A stretch of 64,000 bases of DNA from Candidatus Omnitrophota bacterium (GTDB lineage Bacteria; Omnitrophota; Gorgyraeia; JABMRN01; RBG-13-46-9). This document shows, one piece after another, positions 47,697 through 58,662 of the stretch; the stretch's first letter is position 1, and each line of letters opens with the position of its first letter. Below the pieces are notes generated by a model that saw only the letters and a list, made by a program, of their open reading frames with translations, did no database searches and was not told where the DNA came from. Location: NCBI GenBank assembly GCA_016782445.1, contig JADHYM010000001.1, positions 10,212 through 74,211 on the forward strand, in the 5' to 3' direction. Position numbers and translations under genes: made by a program.

Positions 47697-49631
47697 TCAT
47701 CCTATCCGCACCGCGATGACTGTTATGTCATCGTGCTGTGCTTTTTTTTCAAATTTTTTAACCGTATCTTGCACAAGATCTACCATCTTCTGCGGCGTGA
47801 GGCTCCTGTTCTTTGCCACAAGGTCCGCCAGGCGGGATGAACCGAACATCTCGGCCTTCGGGTTCATTGCCTCCGTAACGCCGTCAGTGTACATGACAAA
47901 CATGTCGCCTTTTCCGAACCGCGCCTCTTCGGCGCTGAACTCACCGTCAAAAAGTCCGAGCGGCGTTCCTTCTTTCGCGTCCAAGAGAATTGGCTCGGAT
48001 TTGTCTTTTTTCAGCATTATGATGGGCAAATGCCCGCCGCTTGCGTATAAGAGAAGGCTGTTTTTTTCGTCGAAAATAGCGTAGGTAAGCGTCACGAAGA
48101 GCCCTGCCGAGCCCTCTTTGACAAGGCGCGAATTCAGCTTTGTAACTATCTCTTTCGGGTTCGAAAGACCCATGTACGTCCTGAACTCGCTTACTACCTT
48201 TGCCATGTATAGAGCGGCCGGCACGCCTTTTCCTGAAACATCCCCTATCATCACTCCGAGCTTTTCAGGGCTTATTTTAACGAGGTCATAAAGATCCCCG
48301 CCTACCTGCTTGGCCGTTTGCATGCTGGCCGCGACCTGTATGCTGTGGGTAGCGGGTATTTCCTGGGGCAGGAAGCTTTCCTGGATACGCTTTGCTATCG
48401 CCAGCTCCTTCTCGAGAAGTTCCCTCCCCCGCATTTCTCCCATATAGCGCGTGAACGTAATGCCAAGGTAAAGAAATACCATTACGACGAAGGGACAGAA
48501 TACATCTATCCATAACCCGAAGAAAATGAATAAGAGAACCGCCAGAAGAACATAAGCCGCTGTTAGCAAAAATACAAAAAGGAAACCGACAAGGGTCTTC
48601 GCTCTTTTTGATACAAAAAAGAGAAGGAGCGAAAGAAATACAAGTATTGCCGCGTTTGTAGAGCGGGTCGCCCGGGCTATGAACTTTCCTATAAGAAAAC
48701 TGTTAAAGAGGCTTGCGTTAACCCCTACCCCCGGATACATGGAATCAAAAGGCGAGGGATGCACGTCCGGAGCCGCGGTTGCCGTTACGCCGATAAAGCA
48801 GACGCTATCTTGCAAAGATGTAAGATCCAGGATCGCTTCTTTACCGGTAACCTCCGGAAATTTGTCCGACATATAAGACTCTATAATATCTATGTAGGAG
48901 TAATGCCTGAAAGTATCCTGCCATCTTCCGGGAAAGTTAACGATAATGTTTGAATCTGAATCCAGCGGAATCTTTTGATCCTCGCCCATCTTGACATAAC
49001 GGCCGGGCGTGATCTTGATATCGTCTTGCTTTTTGCCCATGTAATTAGCCGCCACAAGAAAGCATACGTGGGGATAACCAATATTTTGATACCTGATAAT
49101 GGGAGGAACCCTTCTGAATTTTCCGTCAACGTCAGGAATTATATTTATGAATCCCGCACCCTTTGCAAAGCTTTCGAACCTGTCAAGAATTGCCTCCTGT
49201 AACTTATCAGCTACGGGAACGTCTTTTCGGCCTTCTTCTTTTATGTTGAAAATATAAGGAAGATATACTATCCCTGATTTTTTGATCGCCTCCTCGAAAA
49301 GCCTGTCCGCGGTCGGGTCGCTATCCTCGCTGAAAAAAATATCAAAAACGATTGCCTGCGCGCCGGCTTCCGTGAGCGCCTCAACGAGGGTTGCGTGGTA
49401 GCGGCGGGAAAAAGGCCACTTGCCGATTTTGTCTATGGTGTCATCGGCTATCTCTATTATGACTATGTTCTTTTTAACCTGGAGCGTGGGGCGCAGCCTG
49501 AACCTTATGTCGAGGGTTTCGAGTTCATAGCTGTCCAGAAAGCGCGAGTATGAAAGGGCTATTATCGCGATAAAAACGGCCAGGAGCCCGGCGTATAAGG
49601 CTATCTTCTTTTTAACCCTGGTAACATTCAT
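47697..49631 (-). CDS. CHASE2 sensor domain / PP2C (SpoIIE-like) serine phosphatase
   Basis: N-terminal TM helix and CHASE2 domain, further TM helices, and a C-terminal PP2C/SpoIIE domain with metal-binding aspartates (GGDLYD, GDVSGKG, DGVTEA). Confidence 0.75.
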   Translation of the reverse strand: MNVTRVKKKIALYAGLLAVFIAIIALSYSRFLDSYELETLDIRFRLRPTLQVKKNIVIIEIADDTIDKIGKWPFSRRYHATLVEALTEAGAQAIVFDIFFSEDSDPTADRLFEEAIKKSGIVYLPYIFNIKEEGRKDVPVADKLQEAILDRFESFAKGAGFINIIPDVDGKFRRVPPIIRYQNIGYPHVCFLVAANYMGKKQDDIKITPGRYVKMGEDQKIPLDSDSNIIVNFPGRWQDTFRHYSYIDIIESYMSDKFPEVTGKEAILDLTSLQDSVCFIGVTATAAPDVHPSPFDSMYPGVGVNASLFNSFLIGKFIARATRSTNAAILVFLSLLLFFVSKRAKTLVGFLFVFLLTAAYVLLAVLLFIFFGLWIDVFCPFVVMVFLYLGITFTRYMGEMRGRELLEKELAIAKRIQESFLPQEIPATHSIQVAASMQTAKQVGGDLYDLVKISPEKLGVMIGDVSGKGVPAALYMAKVVSEFRTYMGLSNPKEIVTKLNSRLVKEGSAGLFVTLTYAIFDEKNSLLLYASGGHLPIIMLKKDKSEPILLDAKEGTPLGLFDGEFSAEEARFGKGDMFVMYTDGVTEAMNPKAEMFGSSRLADLVAKNRSLTPQKMVDLVQDTVKKFEKKAQHDDITVIAVRIG

Positions 49632-49637
49632 ATGGAA

Positions 49638-50675
49638 TTAAAAGGAGTAATAAAGGCCCCATGTCATGATAGTGCCCGAGTATTTTTGCAGGGGTTCGTT
49701 CGAGGTGTTTTCTCTGTACGAGCAGTTGAACGCGAACGTAAATGATTTTGTCACGTCATACAGGACCGACGCGTTAAAGCTACAGGTAGAGTCAGCAACG
49801 TGCTCGTCATTCTTAGTTGAGAGTCTTCCCTTGTAACGCCTATTTTGGTAGGTAAAGCTTCCGCTTGCGTAGAGCTTCTTCGTAAACATATATATCATTG
49901 AAGGCGTGACCTTAAAGGACCAGTAGTCGTAATAATCAAAGTATTGGTAGTTGGACTCGTTATAGAAGAACTCTAGATTCGTCTTAAATATGGCCTTATC
50001 CATGTAAAAGCCGGCTTCGTATTCGCCCGCGTTGCGATAGTCGCGTCGCAAAGTCGACGAGTCCATGCCGCCGGAAGCGCGAACCGTGCCCTGAGTATAG
50101 CTTTTGTGCAGAAAATGCCAGCCTGCTTTCTGGTAAAGGTCCTGGGTTATGTTATGCTTCAAAAAAAGCATTACGTGATTTCCGAGGTAACTTCCGTTTC
50201 GATCCTCGGGAAACAAAGACACGTCAAAAGCATAATCCGTCTCTACCGTAAAAAGATCATCGAATACATCCACCTCAAACCCACCTACCGTATATATGTC
50301 AAGCAGGTTGGCATTGTGAACCGTGAAGTAAGTTATGGCGGTAAGGTCATTTTCTATTCTAAGCCGTACGTCCGGGGTGTAATTATAGGCAACGTCTGTG
50401 TTCAGCGAGCCTTCAAAGAACCCGTCTTTTAGCCTTTCCGGATCGAGGTTTACGTTGTTGTCAAAGCCAAAAAGCGTGCCGGCAAAGAACTCGAGGTCTA
50501 TTTTCTGGTCTTTAAGATGCTGTTTTACAGGATCCGTAAACCTGTCCAGATTAATAAGGTTCTCCAGATAATCGTATTTCTCTTCTGTCTTCACAGCGCC
50601 GGGGTGCTGTGCAAGAGCATTGAGAGCGGTTAAACTGAAAAATATAAAAAATAATGTTATGACAATTTTTTTCAT
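49638..50675 (-). CDS. putative outer membrane beta-barrel protein
   Basis: Signal peptide (MKKIVITLFFIFFSLTALNALA); alternating amphipathic beta-strand pattern rich in Y/F; terminal residue F (…WGLYYSF), as in many OMPs. Confidence 0.5.
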   Translation of the reverse strand: MKKIVITLFFIFFSLTALNALAQHPGAVKTEEKYDYLENLINLDRFTDPVKQHLKDQKIDLEFFAGTLFGFDNNVNLDPERLKDGFFEGSLNTDVAYNYTPDVRLRIENDLTAITYFTVHNANLLDIYTVGGFEVDVFDDLFTVETDYAFDVSLFPEDRNGSYLGNHVMLFLKHNITQDLYQKAGWHFLHKSYTQGTVRASGGMDSSTLRRDYRNAGEYEAGFYMDKAIFKTNLEFFYNESNYQYFDYYDYWSFKVTPSMIYMFTKKLYASGSFTYQNRRYKGRLSTKNDEHVADSTCSFNASVLYDVTKSFTFAFNCSYRENTSNEPLQKYSGTIMTWGLYYSF

Positions 50676-50701
50676 GGCCTTAATCGTCAATCTCCTTTCG
50701 C

Positions 50702-51508
50702 TTACTCTTGTGTGGACATGCATTCCGGGCCGCGCGTGCTTGTTCCTGCTCCGGTCTCCTGTTCTCTTTTTCTTATCCTGTCCTCGTCTTTACGCTCGAT
50801 TATCTTTTCTTTCTGCTGTTGTATCTTGGTAAGATCCCGCGATAGCCTTTCCATTCTAGCCTTTTTAGACAAACCTCTTTCAAAAAGGCTCTCTTTCCAT
50901 TTATTCCATTTCCCGAAATCTTTACCGGCAAGCTTCATGAGCTTGGAGGGCTTCTGGAAAAGCTTGACAATGGTCCTGGACCCCTTGGGTACGGTGAGAT
51001 TGTCCTCCATTATGTTGCCTTTTTTATCTATTCCCTTGGCGTACGCTTTATTTTCGTAGCAATCAACTACAGTTTCGTCTTTCTTGGCGTTCGCTCCCCA
51101 TCCGGTGCCTCTTGCTCCGCATACAGCGGTCGGGGTGCGTATTTCAAACCGGGATCCTTTTGGAATACTTTTTACGAGAGCAAGGATTTCTCCGTCTATG
51201 AGCTCGAGCTTTTCTATTCCGTCGAGCTTGATAACGACGTGCGTATTTTCCTCTATGTTCACAAGATTCGTATCGCCGTCGAATGAAATCTCCATGGAAG
51301 ATTCCTTATGCGTCTTTATGCTGTCTCCGGAACCAAGAAGCATTCCCTTCTTAGCGTTCTGCCAGCCGGGCTGGCCAGAGAGAAGTACTTCCGCTGTTCC
51401 TTCGATATACGATATAATAACCGCTTCTTCGCCTTTAGCAGTAATAAAAGTGGCCGTTAAAAATAAAAAGTTCGCGAAGAGAAATGTGAGAATTTTAAAA
51501 TACTTCAT
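50702..51508 (-). CDS. FecR-like periplasmic domain protein
   Basis: Signal peptide, a FecR-type beta-sandwich-like region, and a C-terminal charged coiled-coil tail. Confidence 0.5.
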   Translation of the reverse strand: MKYFKILTFLFANFLFLTATFITAKGEEAVIISYIEGTAEVLLSGQPGWQNAKKGMLLGSGDSIKTHKESSMEISFDGDTNLVNIEENTHVVIKLDGIEKLELIDGEILALVKSIPKGSRFEIRTPTAVCGARGTGWGANAKKDETVVDCYENKAYAKGIDKKGNIMEDNLTVPKGSRTIVKLFQKPSKLMKLAGKDFGKWNKWKESLFERGLSKKARMERLSRDLTKIQQQKEKIIERKDEDRIRKREQETGAGTSTRGPECMSTQE

Positions 51509-51531
51509 TTGTGCGCTCCTTCTTTTAAAAA

Positions 51532-52137
51532 TTACTTGCCCTTCATAAGAAGCTTCCAGGGATTCTTCTTGATATCCTCGGAAAATTCCTTAAAGTTGGC
51601 TGACGTGTCTTCGAGATTAGCGGCAATCGCGTTCACTTTTTCCTTGTTGTCGGAAACGATCCCCTTTACATCAGTGAGAGTGGCGTCAAGCTTGGATGCT
51701 ATCTGGTCGGCTTTCTTCATGAGCTCCCGCATCTGGAGAGGATCCTCGCTCGCTACTGTTTCGTTTCTTTTCAAGAATACGGATGATGTCCCGGGCGTTA
51801 TCCCTATGTAAGCATCTCCTATGAATCCCGTCGAGCCTATGAAAGCGATGGAATTTCCTCTCACCTTGGCGCCCTTATCAAGCTCGAGGACTAGCTCTAC
51901 GCTTGTCTTGTCCTCAGTGTAAGCAAGGTGTACTGTTTTTACCCTGCCAACCTCGATACCGGCCAGCTTGACTACTGAATTTTCCTTTATGCCGTCAGCG
52001 TGGCTGAAAAGGGTTTTAAGGTTATACGTCGCTGTATAGAGGTTTGTTGTGCGCAACCAGAAAAAAATGCCGACAAGTATTGCCGCAAATACCACGAGTC
52101 CCGTTTTTATTTCATTTGTCATTATAAGTTTTTTCAT
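51532..52137 (-). CDS. mlaD: MCE-domain protein MlaD, copy 2
   Basis: TM anchor and Mce domain; paralogous to the gene at 12880..13497 (both end ...PWKLL.K...). Confidence 0.7.
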   Translation of the reverse strand: MKKLIMTNEIKTGLVVFAAILVGIFFWLRTTNLYTATYNLKTLFSHADGIKENSVVKLAGIEVGRVKTVHLAYTEDKTSVELVLELDKGAKVRGNSIAFIGSTGFIGDAYIGITPGTSSVFLKRNETVASEDPLQMRELMKKADQIASKLDATLTDVKGIVSDNKEKVNAIAANLEDTSANFKEFSEDIKKNPWKLLMKGK

Positions 52138-52169
52138 CGCACCCTCCCTGTCCGCCGGTAGGCGGGCGT

Positions 52170-52970
52170 TTATTTCGTTAATTGTTCCAAATAATCGTCA
52201 CTTTTCTGAAAGAACTTTATCGGGCCGTCCGGGTCGCCTGCCAGGAATTGTTTTACAAGAGGGTTTTTCGAATGTTTTATTTCGTCCTTAGTGCCGACTT
52301 CGACAACTTTCCCTTCATAAAGCATCGCGATCCTGTCCGCGATGCGAAACACGCTTCCCATGTCGTGGGTCACCACTATGCTCGTGATAGAAAGTTTTTT
52401 TGAAAGGTCCAATATCAATTTGTCAATTACGCCCGCCACTATCGGGTCAAGGCCGGCCGTGGGTTCGTCGTAAAAAATGATTTCCGGGTCCATGGCAATG
52501 GCGCGCGCTAGGCCCACTCTTTTTTTCATGCCGCCTGAAAGCTGGCTTGGCATGAGATCCTCAAAGCCGCTCAAGCCCACGAGCTCGAGCTTCATCTTTA
52601 TCATTATATTTATTACATTTTCCTCGAGCTTCGTGTGCTCCCTTAGGGCCAGGCTCACGTTTTCGCCCACTGTCATCGAATCAAAAAGAGCCGAGCCCTG
52701 GAACGACATGCCTACTTTCTTTTTTATCGCGTCCATCTCGTCCTCTGTAAGATTCGTTATATCGGTCCCGAGAAGCGACACCCTGCCGGAATCCGGCTTA
52801 AGCGAGCCTATCATGTGCCTCAAGAGCGTCGACTTTCCGCAGCCCGAGCCTCCCATGATAACAAACGTCTCGCCCTTCTTTATCTCGAGGTCAATGCCGT
52901 TTAAAATGGTGCGTTCGCCGAAACGCCGCACCAGATTTTCTACTTTTACGGCTGTTTCTTTATGTTCCAT
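52170..52970 (-). CDS. mlaF: ABC transporter ATP-binding protein MlaF, copy 2
   Basis: Walker A GGSGCGKST and signature LSGGMKKRVGLARA; estimated about 50-55 percent identity to copy 1 from by-eye alignment of the two listed proteins (no alignment computed). Confidence 0.8.
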   Translation of the reverse strand: MEHKETAVKVENLVRRFGERTILNGIDLEIKKGETFVIMGGSGCGKSTLLRHMIGSLKPDSGRVSLLGTDITNLTEDEMDAIKKKVGMSFQGSALFDSMTVGENVSLALREHTKLEENVINIMIKMKLELVGLSGFEDLMPSQLSGGMKKRVGLARAIAMDPEIIFYDEPTAGLDPIVAGVIDKLILDLSKKLSITSIVVTHDMGSVFRIADRIAMLYEGKVVEVGTKDEIKHSKNPLVKQFLAGDPDGPIKFFQKSDDYLEQLTK

Positions 52971-53088
52971 CCGGTCAATCCTTTGTAAGATCCTCCTTCG
53001 CTGAATTGCTTTCGCGTTCAGCTTCGGCGGATAAAATTCGCACTTATGATTTACGCTTCCTTTCGGTCGCGTAAATCATGTGCTCATT

Positions 53089-53892
53089 TCACATATTCGA
53101 AAAATAAAAGAGGCCTGTCAGAATACAGTCAAAAAGTATTATCAAAACAAAGCTCGTCACTACGCTGACAGTAGTCGCTTTTCCCACGCCCTCGGCCCCG
53201 CCGCGCGTGTTAAGTCCCATATAGCAGCCTATCATCGAGATTATCGTAGCGAAGGTTACGCTTTTTATAAGCCCGGTCCATATATCCTTCCACGCCATAA
53301 AATCAAATGAAACATCGATGTAGCGGTGCGAGTTCAGGCCCAGGTTGTACACGCCCACAAGGTAACCGCCGAAAATGCCCATTATATCGCTGAAAAGAAC
53401 AAGGCACGGAAGCATGAGAAGAAGTGCTAGAAAACGCGGTACGACAAGAAACCGTATCGGGTTTAGGGCGAGAGTATCAAGTGCTTCTATCTGTTCTGAA
53501 ACCTTCATTGTGCCGAGTTCCGCCGTAATTGCGGCGCCGACTCGCCCTGCGACTACCAAAGATGTGAGGACCGGCCCCAGCTCCCTTACCATGCTGACGC
53601 TTACCATTGCCGCGACATATATAGCTCCGCCGAGCTTCGCGAGCTGGTACGCGCTTTGCATGGCTATTACTATGCCGGTAAAAAGCCCCACGAAGAACAC
53701 GATGAGTATGGACTTGACGCCCACGAATACCATCTGCTCGAATATGCTTTTTGGCTTCGGAAACTTCTTTTTGAAGGGCCCTATAACCGACCAGTAAACA
53801 GTCTCCCTAAACAAAGAAAACACTCTTTTTGAATGCTCTACCGTTCCCAGTACTACGCGGCCTATTCCTGAAATAAATTCTATGAAAAACAT
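53089..53892 (-). CDS. mlaE: ABC transporter permease MlaE, copy 2
   Basis: MlaE family permease, paralogous to copy 1 (shared ...RELGPVLT.LVVAGR.GAAITAE.GTMKV.EQI.AL.TLA.NPI..LVVPRF.ALL...). Confidence 0.8.
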   Translation of the reverse strand: MFFIEFISGIGRVVLGTVEHSKRVFSLFRETVYWSVIGPFKKKFPKPKSIFEQMVFVGVKSILIVFFVGLFTGIVIAMQSAYQLAKLGGAIYVAAMVSVSMVRELGPVLTSLVVAGRVGAAITAELGTMKVSEQIEALDTLALNPIRFLVVPRFLALLLMLPCLVLFSDIMGIFGGYLVGVYNLGLNSHRYIDVSFDFMAWKDIWTGLIKSVTFATIISMIGCYMGLNTRGGAEGVGKATTVSVVTSFVLIILFDCILTGLFYFSNM

Positions 53893-53893
53893 T

Positions 53894-54232
53894 TTAAGCG
53901 CTCAGTGCTTTTATGGCTTCCTCTTCTTCCTGCGTTATATCGAAAAGTTTTTCGAGCTTTGTGATTTCAAAAAGATTTTTTATCTTCGTGGAGAGGTTCG
54001 CCAGCTTCAGCTTACCGCCGTATGAACGCAAGTTTTTAAGCATCTCGACAAGCGTAGCCAGGCCAGAAGAATCTATGTAGCTCACGTCCTTGAAGCTCAT
54101 CACGATCTTCCCGTTCTTGGCGGCGATTATCTTATCAAAATCTTTTTTAAGCTGGGGAGATGTGTTGATATCTATTTCCCCTTTTACGTATAATAGGAGT
54201 ATGTCGTTCTTATTTTCCTTTATGATCTGCAT
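53894..54232 (-). CDS. STAS domain anti-sigma factor antagonist (SpoIIAA/RsbV-like), in MlaB position
   Basis: 112 aa with the conserved phosphorylatable serine context SYIDSSGLATLV; 2 nt upstream of mlaE copy 2. Confidence 0.85.
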   Translation of the reverse strand: MQIIKENKNDILLLYVKGEIDINTSPQLKKDFDKIIAAKNGKIVMSFKDVSYIDSSGLATLVEMLKNLRSYGGKLKLANLSTKIKNLFEITKLEKLFDITQEEEEAIKALSA

Positions 54233-54668
54233 TTTTACCCCCTCTTTGGCTTTTTAGCAATTTTATCATAGAAACCCTGTTTTTGTCATACAAAACTTTA
54301 TCCATGAGCTTATGCATAAGAAAGACGCCCCTTCCGCCCTCCATCAAAACATTGTCCCCTTTTGTAGGATCTGCGATTTTTTCGAGGGCAAAGCCGGAGC
54401 CCGCATCCTCTATTTCAACACTGAATGCGCCTTCGCGAAAGCTGTACCTGACAGATACGGAAAGGTTTTCTTTTCTTTTATTGCCGTGTATGATGGCGTT
54501 TTTTACCGCCTCCTCAACGCTTAAGCGTATATCAAAGAGAACGGAGGAATTTTGCGTTTTTGTTTTGAGAAAATCCTCAATTTTTCGACTTACCTGCCGG
54601 ATATAGGCGGTATCGCTCGGTATTTTTATCTCGTGCGAATGCGTTTTATTTAGGCTCTCTGAAAACAC
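54210..54668 (-). CDS. anti-sigma regulatory factor, serine protein kinase (RsbW/SpoIIAB-like, GHKL ATPase)
   Basis: HATPase_c motifs ([11 protein letters not shown]; DAGSGF; GRGVFLM); 152 aa; overlaps the STAS gene by 23 nt. Confidence 0.75.
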   Translation of the reverse strand: MFSESLNKTHSHEIKIPSDTAYIRQVSRKIEDFLKTKTQNSSVLFDIRLSVEEAVKNAIIHGNKRKENLSVSVRYSFREGAFSVEIEDAGSGFALEKIADPTKGDNVLMEGGRGVFLMHKLMDKVLYDKNRVSMIKLLKSQRGGKNADHKGK

Positions 54669-55605
54669 CTATTCTCCTGAATTTGTCGTACCTTTTGTTC
54701 ACGAGCTCATGTTTGCCTAACCCTGTAAGCTCGGCAATATCCCTTTTAATAATCGCCTTTATGTCCCCGGCTATCTTTGCCGGGTCCCTATGAACGCCTC
54801 CGAGCGGTTCCTTGACAACGCCGTCTATGACGCCTAAGCGAGAGAGATCCTCTCCCGTAAGTTTGAGTGCTTCGGCAGCCTCCGGCGCTTTCGAGCGTTC
54901 CTTCCAGAGAATTGCCGCACATCCCTCGGGAGAGATCACAGAGTAATAAGCGTATTCCAGTACGTAAATCCTGTCGCCTACCCCGACACCGAGCGCGCCG
55001 CCGGAGCCGCCCTCGCCTATTACAAAAACAACAATAGGAACCTTGAGCATGCTCATCTCGCAGAGATTCCGCGCTATGGCCTCAGCCTGTCCTCTTTCCT
55101 CTGCGCCTATTCCCGGATATGCGCCCGGCGTATCTATCAAAACTACTATCGGAAGAGAGAACTTTTCCGCCAGCTTCATGATGCGCATGGCTTTTCTGTA
55201 CCCTTCCGGGTTAGCGCATCCGAAATTCCTACGAAGATTGTCTTTCGTGTCGCGCCCCTTTTGGTGACCTATGATAGCGACTTTTTTTCCGTCAATTTTT
55301 GCGAATCCGCAAACAATGGCCTTGTCGTCGGAATATAGCCTGTCGCCGTGAATCTCGACGAAATCCGTCGTCATAAGGTCTATGTAGTCGAGCGTGTAAA
55401 GCCTCTCCGGGTGCCGCGCCAGCTGCACGCGCTGCCAGGGACTCAAATTCTTAAAGACGTCATGCTTTACCTTTTCAAGGCGCTCCTCGAGGCGTTTTAT
55501 TTCTTTGGAAAGATCTATGTCCTCGCGGGAGGTAAAGCCCTTAAGCTCCTCGATCTTCTGCTCAAGCTCATGTATGGGTTTTTCGAAATCTAATCCGCTT
55601 GCCAT
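54646..55605 (-). CDS. accA: acetyl-CoA carboxylase carboxyltransferase subunit alpha
   Basis: Crotonase-like carboxyltransferase fold with the N-terminal coiled-coil typical of AccA. Confidence 0.9.
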   Translation of the reverse strand: MASGLDFEKPIHELEQKIEELKGFTSREDIDLSKEIKRLEERLEKVKHDVFKNLSPWQRVQLARHPERLYTLDYIDLMTTDFVEIHGDRLYSDDKAIVCGFAKIDGKKVAIIGHQKGRDTKDNLRRNFGCANPEGYRKAMRIMKLAEKFSLPIVVLIDTPGAYPGIGAEERGQAEAIARNLCEMSMLKVPIVVFVIGEGGSGGALGVGVGDRIYVLEYAYYSVISPEGCAAILWKERSKAPEAAEALKLTGEDLSRLGVIDGVVKEPLGGVHRDPAKIAGDIKAIIKRDIAELTGLGKHELVNKRYDKFRRIGVFREPK

Positions 55606-56429
55606 TACTCAACAATCACGACTTCTGTGCCGCTCGGCACGATCGCGTAGAGCTCCTCTACGTCAGAGTTTTTCATTCTCACGCACCCTTTTGTTATGTG
55701 CTTGCCTATAGTAGATTCGTCGTTCGTCCCATGTATCCCGTAATTTTCCTTAGATATGCCCATCCAGCGCGACCCCAGCTCATATTCGGGGCTATCAGGG
55801 CTTACCGTGGCGCCTATTTTGTACCAGACAGGCTTTATCATTTTTTCCTCTATATAAAATTCTCCTACCGGAGTGCTCAAGTTTTCGCCGGTTGAGACAG
55901 TGTAGCTTTTAAAAAGCTTTCCGTTTGAAAGAAGAAGAAGCCTGTTCCCCGAGCGGTCCACATGTATGCTGAATTTTGCCTGCGGCACCTTAAGAAACTT
56001 CCCGGGAAATATCATGTCAGAGATAAGGCCGTTTGATTTCTTTATAAGCTCAACGGTCGTGTGGAATTTGGTGGCGATTTTTATGAGCGTATCCCCGGGT
56101 TTTATCTCGTAAAGAAAGCTGTCCTTCGTTACGGAATCTGAAAAAAGGATTTTTACGTTAAGTTTTTCGATTTTTTTACGGGTGGCTTCTTTTTTCTTAT
56201 CGTTCGGGTGCGTCTCCAGAAAGTGCTCGAACGCTCTTTTCGCCTTTTCGGATTCGCCGGCTGCTTCGAGCGAGACAGCTTTTTTGTAAAGGCTGTTTTT
56301 TGTATCGTTATGTACGGAATTTAATTTTTTTCGCGCTTTTTGTACGGCAATATTTTTATACAAAAAAGATACCGCGATCAAAAACGCGACTGCTGCCAGG
56401 GCTATTGCCAGAACAAATCTCTTATTCAT
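55605..56429 (-). CDS. L,D-transpeptidase (YkuD) with LysM domain
   Basis: LysM ([29 protein letters not shown]) and a YkuD catalytic motif (HGT...GCVRM). Confidence 0.8.
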   Translation of the reverse strand: MNKRFVLAIALAAVAFLIAVSFLYKNIAVQKARKKLNSVHNDTKNSLYKKAVSLEAAGESEKAKRAFEHFLETHPNDKKKEATRKKIEKLNVKILFSDSVTKDSFLYEIKPGDTLIKIATKFHTTVELIKKSNGLISDMIFPGKFLKVPQAKFSIHVDRSGNRLLLLSNGKLFKSYTVSTGENLSTPVGEFYIEEKMIKPVWYKIGATVSPDSPEYELGSRWMGISKENYGIHGTNDESTIGKHITKGCVRMKNSDVEELYAIVPSGTEVVIVE

Positions 56430-56470
56430 ATTTTTTATAGCTTACAGCTTAAAGCTTACAGCTGTAAAAA

Positions 56471-56929
56471 TTACCACAATAAAAGCGTGACCCCAATGCC
56501 GCAGGCTATTCCCACCAGCACCTCGATAGGCGTGTGCCCGAGAAGTTCCTTGAGGCGGTCTTCTTGTGTGTGCTTCTTCCAGTATATGTCATCCAGCATC
56601 TTGTTTAGGATTTCTGCCTGCTTGCCTGTGGCCCTCCTTACGCCTTGCGCGTCCATTATCACTATGACTGCGAACGCGACGCATAAAGCAAAGAGCGCGG
56701 AATCAAAACCGACATAAAGCCCCATGGCCGTGGAAAGGGCGCTTACGGTAGCGGAATGAGAACTCGGCATCCCACCGGTTCCGACAAACCACCTGAAGTC
56801 AAACCGCTTCTCGCGAATGACGCCCAGAATAACCTTGATGGTCTGGGTTATCGCCCACGCGTAGATAGTGATAAGAAGCACCTTATTTTGGACGAGTTCT
56901 ACAAATATTTGGCGCGATGATGGGTCCAT
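56471..56929 (-). CDS. divergent PAP2 family membrane protein (DUF212/YuiD-like)
   Basis: GMPSSHSA motif and 4 TM helices. Confidence 0.7.
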   Translation of the reverse strand: MDPSSRQIFVELVQNKVLLITIYAWAITQTIKVILGVIREKRFDFRWFVGTGGMPSSHSATVSALSTAMGLYVGFDSALFALCVAFAVIVIMDAQGVRRATGKQAEILNKMLDDIYWKKHTQEDRLKELLGHTPIEVLVGIACGIGVTLLLW

Positions 56930-56992
56930 ATTAGGGTATTATTATAATATATACCTACTAGTTATGCAAGGTTGAGTTCGAAATATTGATAC

Positions 56993-57118
56993 GTTTACGT
57001 CGGTTGGCTGTGGTTGCGTCGCGCGAAACGTCGGTTGTCAATCGGTTGCGTTAATATTGACGCAACCCACCCACGCGACCGATTCTCGCGACGCCACCGA
57101 TTGACTTAAACCGCAACC
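56993..57118. repeat. GC-rich roughly 120-bp dyad-symmetric element (family copy B)
   Basis: GGTTGCGTCGCGCGAAACGTCGGTTGTCAATCGGTTGCGTTAATATTGACGCAACC...CGCGACGCCACCGATTGAC...AACCGCAACC. Confidence 0.65.
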
Positions 57119-57119
57119 T

Positions 57120-58658
<1,539 letters not shown>

Positions 58659-58662
58659 CTTC

